Translations under genes and position numbers: made by a program
In this document: positions 20,473-29,135 of the stretch, one piece after another
Position numbering within the stretch: position 1 is the stretch's first letter
Layout: every line of letters starts with the position of its first letter
The notes under the pieces: model-generated
The model's database searches: none
What the model was told of the DNA's origin: nothing
What the model saw: the letters and a program-made list of their open reading frames with translations, nothing else
From: a virus
Lineage: Duplodnaviria; Caudoviricetes
IMG/VR virus record: IMGVR_UViG_3300012007_000013
Coordinates: 20,435 to 84,434 of that record
Strand: one strand, 5' to 3'
DNA length: 64,000 nucleotides

Positions 20473-20828
20473 ATCTTCTTTAATCTTTGTACTCTTACGA
20501 AGTGGCGTATAGCGAGAGTTGTCGTGGTGAGAAGACCTATGGCGATAATAGTTGGTGGTATATATACAGTCCAATTAATCGGCAGAAAATCAAATATATT
20601 GTTTGTGCAGACTAACGTATCAGAAATCAATATACCATAAGCAGTATAATTAATAAACCGACAATGGTACACGCCTTGTTTAGATATGCACAAGCAAGTG
20701 CATAGTTCAAAAAGCAAATAGTATGTTTGCGACCATATATTTATGTCAAAAAGCATTTCAGTAACATAGCAAAGTGTTAAATATATTGCTACGCTGACAA
20801 CGCTCATCCTTATTGTAAATTTACTCAT
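20454..20828 (-). CDS. multi-pass membrane protein
   Basis: 124 aa with 3-4 hydrophobic segments. Confidence 0.6.
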   Translation of the reverse strand: MSKFTIRMSVVSVAIYLTLCYVTEMLFDINIWSQTYYLLFELCTCLCISKQGVYHCRFINYTAYGILISDTLVCTNNIFDFLPINWTVYIPPTIIAIGLLTTTTLAIRHFVRVQRLKKIWKAEK

Positions 20829-20944
20829 TTTTTCTTTGATTTTGCTTTGAATGTTGCGACATTATGTAATAATGAGTTCCTTGCCGTCCTGTTCGGTCTT
20901 ACTTTCGCTTTCGCCTTGACTTTCACTCTTCTACGTCTTGCCAT
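20825..20944 (-). CDS. 39-aa highly basic peptide
   Basis: MARRRRVKVKAKAKVRPNRTARNSLLHNVATFKAKSKKK; TGA overlaps the next ATG; absent from the ORF track. Confidence 0.55.
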   Translation of the reverse strand: MARRRRVKVKAKAKVRPNRTARNSLLHNVATFKAKSKKK

Positions 20945-21163
20945 AATTTATTCAATTTTTCAACATTAACGAAAAAGGCAATGTTTTATTGCCGAATGTC
21001 ATAGGAAAATGTCAAAAGAATTTGCAAATTCTATTTTGGTATTGCAAATCACTCGTTTACGTATAGAAAAGAATTCAGTAGTTCTTTGTGCATTCCTGTC
21101 TTACCTTTGCATCCGTGACGTCACACAAACAAACGGATTTATTAACCTTAAAACTCGAAAACA

Positions 21164-22081
21164 ATGAGTGAAACTATCGTGGTTCCCGACAATGGGAACA
21201 ACAACATGAACAACGCTCTGCCTTGGATGCTCGCCAACAACGGCTATGGCAATGGCGGTTTCCTTGGCGGCGGTTTCGGCACGGGCTTCTTCGGCGGTAT
21301 CCTCGGCGGTATCCTCACCAACTGGCTCGGCGGAAATGGCTGGGGCTTTGGCGGAAATGGTATGAACGGTGCTGGTGCGGCTGCCGCCCTCGGCGCTCAG
21401 GCTACCGCAAACAACAACACTGACCTTCTGATGAACGCCATCACCAACAGCGGCGAGCGTCAGCACGAGGCTGTACAGACCCTCAGCACTATGCTCGGTC
21501 AGGACTTTAACCTTGTGAACCAAGGTGTGCAGACTATGCAGTCCGCCCTCGCGACCATCGCTGCAAATCAGGGCATGAACACTATGCAGGTGGTGAACGC
21601 CATCCAGCAGGGCAATATGACGCTCGCACAGTCTATGTGTGACTGCTGCTGCCAGACGCAGAAGCAGATTATGCAGCAGGGCTACGAGAACCAAATCGCC
21701 ACCCTGAATCAGACCAACAGCCTGAACACTACAATCAACGGAAACGGTCAGCGCACTGTCGACGCTATCGCCGACCTCAAGACCTCGATGATTTCTGAGT
21801 TCTGTGCCGCTCGTGAGCGCGACATGCAGGCTAAGATTGACACGCAGGCCGAAATCATTACGCAGTTGCGTAACGCAGCCGACAATGCCAATCAAACCAA
21901 CCAAATCGCTGCCATGATTGCCCCGTTGCAGGCTAAACTGGTCGCCATCGAGAACCGTCAGCCCAACACTGTCAGCGTGCCTTACCCCCAGCTTTCTGTC
22001 GTGAACACCACGCCTTATATGGGCGGTTTCTATGGCAACGGTTGGTATGGTAACGGATTCGGTAACAGCATCACGTTCTAA
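21164..22081 (+). CDS. Gly/Asn/Gln-rich protein with glycine zipper, coiled coil and CDCCC cluster
   Basis: 305 aa, strong codon bias, promoter TACCTTTG at 21102. Confidence 0.8.
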   Translation: MSETIVVPDNGNNNMNNALPWMLANNGYGNGGFLGGGFGTGFFGGILGGILTNWLGGNGWGFGGNGMNGAGAAAALGAQATANNNTDLLMNAITNSGERQHEAVQTLSTMLGQDFNLVNQGVQTMQSALATIAANQGMNTMQVVNAIQQGNMTLAQSMCDCCCQTQKQIMQQGYENQIATLNQTNSLNTTINGNGQRTVDAIADLKTSMISEFCAARERDMQAKIDTQAEIITQLRNAADNANQTNQIAAMIAPLQAKLVAIENRQPNTVSVPYPQLSVVNTTPYMGGFYGNGWYGNGFGNSITF

Positions 22082-22109
22082 ACGCAATAACGGATAAGGA
22101 GGTAAAAGC

Positions 22110-22445
22110 ATGAGTTGTAATCCCAATATTACAGTAAATGCAGGCGGAATACCCGTATTGCAGTCCACAAACATCAGCGTAGGTACTGAGAGTGTCAATA
22201 TCGGACTTGGTTTCCGTAACATTCGCCCGATGGGCAAGTTCATCGTCGAGTTGTCGGATGTCATTCCTGCCGATGCAACGACCACGTTGCCTGTGACGCT
22301 TACCCTCAACGGAACGACGAGACCTCTGACCTTGCCAAACTCCGTACCGGTAACTGTCGCCGAATTGACAAGTGTCAGTGCCTTTGAGGTGTACAACAAC
22401 CGTTTCAAGGGTTACTTGATGCTGATGTCACGCACGACCGAATAA
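22110..22445 (+). CDS. small beta-sandwich-like hypothetical protein
   Basis: 111 aa, V/T/P-rich; TAAGGAGGT upstream. Confidence 0.7.
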   Translation: MSCNPNITVNAGGIPVLQSTNISVGTESVNIGLGFRNIRPMGKFIVELSDVIPADATTTLPVTLTLNGTTRPLTLPNSVPVTVAELTSVSAFEVYNNRFKGYLMLMSRTTE

Positions 22446-23088
22446 TGCTATCTCGGATTGGGTAGCGAGTTCTTTGACATATTGACAAGTTTTCGTAGTC
22501 TTCGAGGTACATCCATTTGAACCCACCACCTTGGGAGTACAATCCTCGACAACACTGGCTGATGCTTCCTTGGCAAACACCAGTGTGTTTGGATGCTTCA
22601 ACGATACTTACGTATTTCGCTACAAAAGCATTCTCAATCGTCAACTGGATTACTTTCCTTCGTTGGTACGCAGTTTGATGGATAGTCGTTGCCATACGTT
22701 CGTTGTGTCGGCCATAGTTGCAGTTATAAGATTGAGTACACCACTCAAGATTTTCTGAATTATTATTCTCGGGATTTTCGTCCTTGTGATTTATATAAGG
22801 CAGGTTATCTGGGTTTTGTATAAAAGAATTTGCAACAAGTCGATGAATCAAAAATTGTTTACGATGTTTTTCTCCGTCTGATAAGACGACAGATAGGTAT
22901 ACACTCGACTTCCTCGGTTTGATTAGTTGTGGTTTTCTGAAACAGACTCTATCCCCACAAAGATAGGGTGCAGAGAAAGACACTATTCTTCCAAGGTTAG
23001 AAACGGCATATCGGCCTTCGTAACCGACTACATCTCGCCAATCCTCTCCCTCCAATTTAATGGAATTGATGAACTCTTCGTTTGTCAT
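22405..23088 (-). CDS. NUMOD4-HNH-NUMOD1 homing endonuclease
   Basis: EDWRDVVGYEGRYAVSNLGR, IHRLVA..F, INHKDEN..NN...NLEW, FVAKYVSIVEAS; ATG at 23088. Confidence 0.88.
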   Translation of the reverse strand: MTNEEFINSIKLEGEDWRDVVGYEGRYAVSNLGRIVSFSAPYLCGDRVCFRKPQLIKPRKSSVYLSVVLSDGEKHRKQFLIHRLVANSFIQNPDNLPYINHKDENPENNNSENLEWCTQSYNCNYGRHNERMATTIHQTAYQRRKVIQLTIENAFVAKYVSIVEASKHTGVCQGSISQCCRGLYSQGGGFKWMYLEDYENLSICQRTRYPIRDSIIRSCVTSASSNP

Positions 23089-23247
23089 TGCCAATCGTTT
23101 TAAGTTACGCCAACGATTTGAAAAAGAGGGAAAAGGGCGTTGGCTTACCCCTTGTCAATAGGTCATGACTCCTACCTATTCCCAATTGCAAAGATACGAA
23201 TAAAAATTGAATTAACAACAACTTTTAACAAAAAAAACGAAGAAACT

Positions 23248-23790
23248 ATGTTTGGAGCGTTAAAGACAGGTTCGCTGATATACGTTTTGTACAAAGGCGA
23301 TGCTCCCTACCTCAAAATGGGAGAATTGGTGGCAAATCCAGTGCTGCGTCCGAAGCAGAATCCCCAACTTATGCCGAATCCATTGCAGTTTGAACAAGTG
23401 CTTGATTTGGTGGTCAAGGTCGGGGACGACACTAAAAATTTCACCAATGTACCACCCAATGCGTCGTTCTGTGATGCAGGTTCTGGGTACATCATATCCG
23501 ATGACAAGAATGAAATAACCAACGAAGTGGAGAAATTTGGTGCATACAGTCAGAACATATTGAACGCCATACCATTCCACAAAAAAGTCGTTTCATCCGT
23601 CAAGCAGATGATGATAGACCTCAATCCAAGCCTACAGAAGGAGGCGCAGAGGGATGATGAGATGTCCAAGATGAAGTCAGAAATGACCGAGTTGCGGAAC
23701 ACCATCGGTGAGTTGGCAAACCTGTTGAAAGGCGCTATGACACCTGCTGCCCCAAGCATGGGTTCTTCGTTAATTAGAAAGGAGCAGTAA
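23248..23790 (+). CDS. hypothetical protein with C-terminal coiled coil
   Basis: 180 aa from ATG 23248; cassette member. Confidence 0.7.
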   Translation: MFGALKTGSLIYVLYKGDAPYLKMGELVANPVLRPKQNPQLMPNPLQFEQVLDLVVKVGDDTKNFTNVPPNASFCDAGSGYIISDDKNEITNEVEKFGAYSQNILNAIPFHKKVVSSVKQMMIDLNPSLQKEAQRDDEMSKMKSEMTELRNTIGELANLLKGAMTPAAPSMGSSLIRKEQ

Positions 23791-23792
23791 AA

Positions 23793-24041
23793 ATGGCTTA
23801 CGTTATAATCCAGAAAAAGGACAAAAAGAAGATGTCCGCAATGGTCGAGGACATTCTCTACACCGCCGGTGAACTGATGCACTGCGTCGAGGAGATGCGT
23901 GAGGACGGATACGGCGACCGCTACTACGGAGACCGCTACGGCGACCGTTACGGTATGGGAATGCGCGACGGTGGTCGCTACGGCAACCGCGACTGGGACG
24001 ACGACGAGATGAACGAGCGTCGCCGTTACCCCAGATACTAA
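23793..24041 (+). CDS. small YGDR-repeat low-complexity protein
   Basis: 82 aa; YGDRYYGDRYGDRYG...RYGNR. Confidence 0.7.
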   Translation: MAYVIIQKKDKKKMSAMVEDILYTAGELMHCVEEMREDGYGDRYYGDRYGDRYGMGMRDGGRYGNRDWDDDEMNERRRYPRY

Positions 24042-24055
24042 ACGTTCCAAACGTG

Positions 24056-24100
24056 GGAGGGGAGCGATGAGGCTTGTTCCCTTTGCCCCCTCCTTTTTTA
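24056..24100 (+). terminator. intrinsic terminator
   Basis: GGAGGG...CCCTCC stem followed by a T run. Confidence 0.55.
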
Positions 24101-24122
24101 AAATTATTAAATAAAAAAAACA

Positions 24123-24542
24123 ATGAGTTTACCTTTAGACTATATGGATGAAATTCCGAGAAGTATGCGCCGCTATCTTGACTACTACGGATGGCATTTC
24201 AACAAGCCTGCATACGAATATGCCGCATCATTGATGTGGAAAGAAGACAAGGACGGAAAAAAGACAAAAGTCGAGCCTGTCAAAAAGGAGGAGGTCGACA
24301 AAATCCTCAAAGATAACAATGTCGAAATCGAAAACAAGGGCAATTGGGATTATATGTACTGGGCAATGCAGTGCAAGGCAGACCTTATGCCCGAGGCTAT
24401 CGAGGACGAAAAGCACATGGCAAAATACGTCAAGATGATGACAGACGACCCCGATGTCCCCGATGACGTCACATTCCGTATTTTCTATGCCAAGTGTGTT
24501 GCCGCAGGCAGAGGCATACCTTTTGAAGAATTTCTTGATTGA
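24123..24542 (+). CDS. hypothetical protein (YGWHFNK motif)
   Basis: 139 aa; cassette member. Confidence 0.7.
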   Translation: MSLPLDYMDEIPRSMRRYLDYYGWHFNKPAYEYAASLMWKEDKDGKKTKVEPVKKEEVDKILKDNNVEIENKGNWDYMYWAMQCKADLMPEAIEDEKHMAKYVKMMTDDPDVPDDVTFRIFYAKCVAAGRGIPFEEFLD

Positions 24543-24544
24543 TT

Positions 24545-24961
24545 ATGCTACGCCAGCGTATATACATACCGCGTTACCATTGGGAGGTTGTCGTCTATTA
24601 TGAGAGCGACTACCGTGATGCGTCGTACATACTCAGGGAACTTGACGAGACGGGTGTGGACAATGATACTTATTGGAAGGCGGCAAGGAATCTCGAGGCT
24701 GGGCTTACTGATACGGGGCTGACGTACTCCAATATGGAAGACGGGAAGTCTATTATCGTTTTGTCCAAGGCGTCGTCTAAAGCGGAGTTTGCCAATACTT
24801 GGTTCCACGAACTGATACATTGTGCAAACCATATAGCGTTAGCGAACGGACTTGACCCGATGGGCGAACCGATAGCGTATGTCGGCGGAGAACTCGCACG
24901 TTCTATGCAGCCGATTGCAGCACGTCTTATGTGTCCAACCTGCGAAAAAAGAAAGATATGA
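24545..24961 (+). CDS. HEXXH zinc-metallopeptidase-like protein
   Basis: WFHELIHC motif plus downstream E.IAY..G; C-terminal CPTC. Confidence 0.6.
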   Translation: MLRQRIYIPRYHWEVVVYYESDYRDASYILRELDETGVDNDTYWKAARNLEAGLTDTGLTYSNMEDGKSIIVLSKASSKAEFANTWFHELIHCANHIALANGLDPMGEPIAYVGGELARSMQPIAARLMCPTCEKRKI

Positions 24962-25139
24962 AACGGAAAAAAGAGAAATATATACCCTTAGAAAAGGTGT
25001 TGCAATATGAATGTCTGACTGACATTCTGATGTTTGCACACCTTTTTTATTTGGAGTAGCGTACATTTTCAAAAAAAGTTGTATTTTTGTATTGGAAAAG
25101 GAAAACCTTTTTCTGTGTATAACTTTTAATATCAATAAT

Positions 25140-25649
25140 ATGGCTTACGGGGAATATACGCACAAGATGCAAAGAATAGATAAAACTGGTTACAACGTCA
25201 TTGATATTGAGGATGAGTTCCAAGGTTTAATCTACCTCAATGCAAAAGGGATGAATGATGTCGGCAAGGCGAAGAATATCTATACGGAGACTTATGCTGA
25301 CAGTGACGATTTGCGTGTCTACGTTCCCGAAAGCGATACGGTTTTTGAAAACGGCAGGGAAGTCGATTCATATACCAATGAAGCGACAGTTATCACTATG
25401 AGTTTCGCTGTCGTGGGTGATGCCTATATGCGCCAATTGGTGATAGACAGGTTTGAAAGTTATCTTCGGCACGGCGTGCATCTGTATAAGGATAATGCAA
25501 GAAATAGAGAGTTCCGTTTTGTCGTCCAAGATGAGATAAAAGTGAGCGACGAAAAATGGCACGGCAATACGCCCTACATTATCTTGGAAGTTCCTATGCA
25601 GAACTTGAACGGCAAGACCAGACTGTTACAATACTCAGAAACCTTTTGA
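25140..25649 (+). CDS. putative distal-tail-like protein, paralogue B
   Basis: Paralogue of 19582..20109. Confidence 0.45.
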   Translation: MAYGEYTHKMQRIDKTGYNVIDIEDEFQGLIYLNAKGMNDVGKAKNIYTETYADSDDLRVYVPESDTVFENGREVDSYTNEATVITMSFAVVGDAYMRQLVIDRFESYLRHGVHLYKDNARNREFRFVVQDEIKVSDEKWHGNTPYIILEVPMQNLNGKTRLLQYSETF

Positions 25650-25656
25650 GTATTTT

Positions 25657-25692
25657 AAAAAGAAAGGGTTCCATTTTATGAACCCTTTCCAC
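25657..25692. terminator. terminator between convergent late and replication modules
   Basis: GAAAGGGTTC/GAACCCTTTC stem with an upstream A-run. Confidence 0.6.
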
Positions 25693-25720
25693 TTAAATAT
25701 ACACAAATGACACTAATTTT

Positions 25721-26305
25721 TCATTGATTGTTTTTCTTGGCTTGAAATTCCTTTTCCAATCCGGTAGCGAAATTTTCAATCATTTCGTTCATTTGAACGA
25801 TAGCCTTGTCGTATTCGGGGTTGTTCGTCTCTTCAGTGGGCACTTCTCCCATTTTTTGCAGCAGGTTCATATACATAATCCCCATTGTGGCAATATTGAG
25901 CGTTGTCTGCGGATGAGACAGTACGAACATCGGCAGACGGAAGACCAATTCTGCTGCGGAAAGCATTAGTTCAACACCCTCACGCTCGTCCTTGTCTGTG
26001 ATGTCGCTCGGAACGCCGTCCATAATCTGCTGCAATGCAGACGCTGTAGACATCAGTTTGTCGTCTACAAGCACATCGTAACCGCCGTGGTAGTGGAGCA
26101 GGTATCCGTTACGGGTCTTGTGGAGTTTGTATATTTCTCCGTCCTTTGTCTCTTGGATGTCGTTTTTCGTCACGATGAGGGGGCAATCCGCGTCGTGCTG
26201 CGCGATTTCCTCGTATGTGAGTTTGTCGAGGAGTTCGCGGGTCTCTATGGGGTCTGTGCTCAACTCAACGAGACGTTCCCTGATTTTTATGATTTCGTCA
26301 GTCAT
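25721..26305 (-). CDS. hypothetical protein
   Basis: 194-aa ORF in the - strand operon. Confidence 0.7.
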   Translation of the reverse strand: MTDEIIKIRERLVELSTDPIETRELLDKLTYEEIAQHDADCPLIVTKNDIQETKDGEIYKLHKTRNGYLLHYHGGYDVLVDDKLMSTASALQQIMDGVPSDITDKDEREGVELMLSAAELVFRLPMFVLSHPQTTLNIATMGIMYMNLLQKMGEVPTEETNNPEYDKAIVQMNEMIENFATGLEKEFQAKKNNQ

Positions 26306-26471
26306 TTACTTTGTTGTATTGTTTTAACCACCCCATTTGCCAACAACGGTAAAGGAAATTGTTTAATACCGCCATTTCAGCGTGAGATGTTTTGATGTTT
26401 GTTTTTTCAAGAATGTCTTTTTTTGCTGCTTCAATTATCTCAAAGCGGACGTCATTACACGTATCGCCCAT
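26298..26471 (-). CDS. 57-aa hypothetical protein
   Basis: MGDTCNDVRFEIIEAAKKDILEKT...FLYRCWQMGWLK; fills the gap between genes; absent from the ORF track. Confidence 0.55.
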   Translation of the reverse strand: MGDTCNDVRFEIIEAAKKDILEKTNIKTSHAEMAVLNNFLYRCWQMGWLKQYNKVND

Positions 26472-26474
26472 CAA

Positions 26475-26906
26475 TTATTCCTCCAAGGCTTTGAGTTGTT
26501 GGAATACTGCCGCCTTGACGACCTCTTTGTTGAGTTGGTCGATGTCCATACCGTCGAAATAACCGCCGACGGCATAGGGCAGGTTGAGCGACTTCAAATA
26601 TGCGATACGGTCGCTTTCGTCGGAGTCCTTGGGGAATTTCTTGATGTACTGTTTGTCGAGTACGATATACGGATAGACCTCTTCTATTTTGACGAGCGCC
26701 GCTGTTGCGCCATTGACGTATGTTACACGGTAGGAGAGGTCGGCGTTTCGTTTTACGACGCCGTATGCCACACTGTTGTTGGCAAGGCGGATTTTTGCGA
26801 TTGCCTCAATCCAAAGGGACTTATTGGGGTCAGCCTTCTTCGGGAGGGTTGTGAGGTGCGCGAAATTGAGCGCATCGGAAATCAGTTTCTGTTCGTATAT
26901 GTCCAT
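26475..26906 (-). CDS. hypothetical protein
   Basis: 143-aa ORF in the operon. Confidence 0.65.
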   Translation of the reverse strand: MDIYEQKLISDALNFAHLTTLPKKADPNKSLWIEAIAKIRLANNSVAYGVVKRNADLSYRVTYVNGATAALVKIEEVYPYIVLDKQYIKKFPKDSDESDRIAYLKSLNLPYAVGGYFDGMDIDQLNKEVVKAAVFQQLKALEE

Positions 26907-26918
26907 TGTTTTTTGTTT

Positions 26919-27206
26919 TTATTTGATTGGCAACTTTTTGACTTTCTCGCAAATTTCATTGGAGAATTTAGCGTGAGGCGTGTAGTGTGCTGGGATGACA
27001 ATCTGTTCGTTTTTCTTGATGTTCCGTCCGACTTTTTCTGCTCTCTTTAAAGGAGCAATGGTAAATAGTCCACGGATGTAAATCGGTTCGCCGTTGCAAA
27101 CCGAATCGGCAACGATGTCGATTGCTTCGTCAATTACGGCTTGTATAGCCTCTCTTGTAACTCCGGTCTTGCGAAAGACCTCATCAATAATGTCTTTTTT
27201 TGTCAT
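26919..27206 (-). CDS. hup: HU/IHF-family DNA-binding protein
   Basis: MTKKDIIDEV...GEPIYIRGLFT...R..KVGRNIK..EQIVIPA...P..KFS. Confidence 0.88.
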   Translation of the reverse strand: MTKKDIIDEVFRKTGVTREAIQAVIDEAIDIVADSVCNGEPIYIRGLFTIAPLKRAEKVGRNIKKNEQIVIPAHYTPHAKFSNEICEKVKKLPIK

Positions 27207-27251
27207 AATTTTACTGTTTTTTGATTTGCAAAAATACGAATATTTTTTGAA

Positions 27252-27611
27252 TTAGATGTTACTTTTAATAAAATCTTCGGTTTCCATAACTTCTTCTGTC
27301 TCTTTTGTTACGTGCTTGTCCTTAATCATACCGCCTATCTTGTGGTTTGCGAAAGCCTCGATTTGTGCTGTGGAGAGTCTCTTTATCTGGTTTCTTGGTA
27401 TGAACTTCATAAGGAAGTGAGAGAAGCGTGACTTTGGTTCACGGTATCCGAAAGCGCGGAACCATAATTGTATTTCGTCTCCCCACATAACGATGTCGTT
27501 GTCCTTGAAAGGGATGAATATGCCTTTTTCGACAGCACCGTCCTCCTCCACTTCCATAATCTTGGTGCGGATAAGCGAGTTCAATACGATTTTACCGACG
27601 AAATGGCTCAT
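27252..27611 (-). CDS. hypothetical protein
   Basis: 119-aa ORF. Confidence 0.6.
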   Translation of the reverse strand: MSHFVGKIVLNSLIRTKIMEVEEDGAVEKGIFIPFKDNDIVMWGDEIQLWFRAFGYREPKSRFSHFLMKFIPRNQIKRLSTAQIEAFANHKIGGMIKDKHVTKETEEVMETEDFIKSNI

Positions 27612-27943
27612 TGTCTGACTGAGTTTAGTAACACTTGAACATTAGCTTCCTGTATGGTATCGAGACCGAAAGTCTCTTTGACCATCTCTCTGAAACGTGA
27701 CACCTTTTCGTATACGTTATCTCCGTTGAGGTATCCGTGCTTGATAGCGTAGTTGCTGCAAACGTGGTAGAATATTGTCGCGGCGTGGAACATATCCTGC
27801 TCGTCGTAGTCGATGAAGAATGAAGTCTGTGTGCCGTCCTCGTGTGGAGCGTCGAGGTCAATCATAGCCTCGTGGAGCATCTCGAGTACCTGACGCACTC
27901 TTTCTTCCTGCTGCTTGGCGTGTTGCTGTATTGTATCACTCAT
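27608..27943 (-). CDS. hypothetical protein
   Basis: 111-aa ORF. Confidence 0.6.
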   Translation of the reverse strand: MSDTIQQHAKQQEERVRQVLEMLHEAMIDLDAPHEDGTQTSFFIDYDEQDMFHAATIFYHVCSNYAIKHGYLNGDNVYEKVSRFREMVKETFGLDTIQEANVQVLLNSVRQ

Positions 27944-27959
27944 AATTTATTGATTTACA

Positions 27960-28370
27960 CTAAAATGGCAATTCGTCATCTTCTGGCATTGCGGACGATA
28001 TAGACTGCGGGGCTAGATTGGATGGATATACAGGTTGTGCGGTCGGCGGTGTATATTGCTGTGCCGTTGGAGTCTGTTGTGCATGTTGCTGCTGCTGAAC
28101 AGGGAACACGCTCATGCACTGCAAATCGGTGTACCAACGGTCGTTGTACTCGCGGCTCTGAGGGTTGTAGTTTACGACAACCTCCATACCCTCTTTCAAC
28201 CCAGCGCAAGCCTGTAACTTTTGCTCTCCGAAGATTGTGAACGCGGCTTTTGTCGGGTACTCGTCGCCGTATTCAATAACGATACCGGCCTTTACCCAGT
28301 GGTTTCCGCTTGCACTATTGCCCTCCGTCTTTGGGAGGAACTTGATGATTTTACCTGTGATTGTTTGCAT
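27960..28370 (-). CDS. SSB-like protein (DUF3127 type)
   Basis: OB-fold-like N-terminus (SREYNDRWYTDL), Q/P-rich linker, acidic DDELPF tail. Confidence 0.8.
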   Translation of the reverse strand: MQTITGKIIKFLPKTEGNSASGNHWVKAGIVIEYGDEYPTKAAFTIFGEQKLQACAGLKEGMEVVVNYNPQSREYNDRWYTDLQCMSVFPVQQQQHAQQTPTAQQYTPPTAQPVYPSNLAPQSISSAMPEDDELPF

Positions 28371-28391
28371 AATTTATTGAGGTTTTAATAG

Positions 28392-29129
28392 TTAATACAT
28401 TAGTTGAATTCTGTTTTCTTGTTTGTTCATTTCATCCGCTTTGTTTACCGCTTCAATGAAATTTTGGGGATTGACAAAAAACTTGTTTAGTTTGTTGAAG
28501 GAGGATACAATCTGCGGATTATCGTTAAGGTTAATAACGGTTTTGCCGACGTGTATATCCTGTACAGTTTCCGAGAGAGACCTTGCGACCTTGAATATTT
28601 CTTCAATGCAAAGACCGAGCAAATATTTTGCGTTAGGTGAAATCTTTGACACACTTCGGATGTAATCCTTCGCAGTCATAGTGGCATAATCACAGAGAGT
28701 GGATGCGCATTCGACTGACGCGACCCAATGTGCATATTGTATTCCTGCGTTCTTGAGGCAGTCTGTGACAGCATTTTTGAAGTCTGCGATTTTGTCATCA
28801 AGGTATCCGTCCATACCCTCGAACAGGTTTGCGATTGAGTATTGGTCTACTTTTGTGTTATTTATAAAATCCCAATATGCGTTTACTCTTTTCATCAAGG
28901 CATTGTAGACCGTATGAACCGCCTTTGATTTGTATGGTATAGTCTTGAGTTCCTCACCGAGGAACTTGCACGCGTTGCACGCCACGTCGTTCATATAGAG
29001 GATTTGGTATACAGCGTAGTTCTCTATGTTTGCAATGCTTTTTTCGTCAAGGTGCTGCATTCTTTCGGCGGCATCTTTGATTTCTTCCTTATACCTCTGT
29101 GATTGTCTTTTCTGTGCTTTGGTTGCCAT
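28392..29129 (-). CDS. hypothetical helical protein
   Basis: 245-aa ORF. Confidence 0.7.
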   Translation of the reverse strand: MATKAQKRQSQRYKEEIKDAAERMQHLDEKSIANIENYAVYQILYMNDVACNACKFLGEELKTIPYKSKAVHTVYNALMKRVNAYWDFINNTKVDQYSIANLFEGMDGYLDDKIADFKNAVTDCLKNAGIQYAHWVASVECASTLCDYATMTAKDYIRSVSKISPNAKYLLGLCIEEIFKVARSLSETVQDIHVGKTVINLNDNPQIVSSFNKLNKFFVNPQNFIEAVNKADEMNKQENRIQLMY

Positions 29130-29135
29130 AGGGTG

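Noticed and set aside
21101-22408. 435-aa ORF on the - strand
   Set aside because: Antisense shadow of the codon-biased genes 21164..22081 and 22110..22445; no independent motifs.
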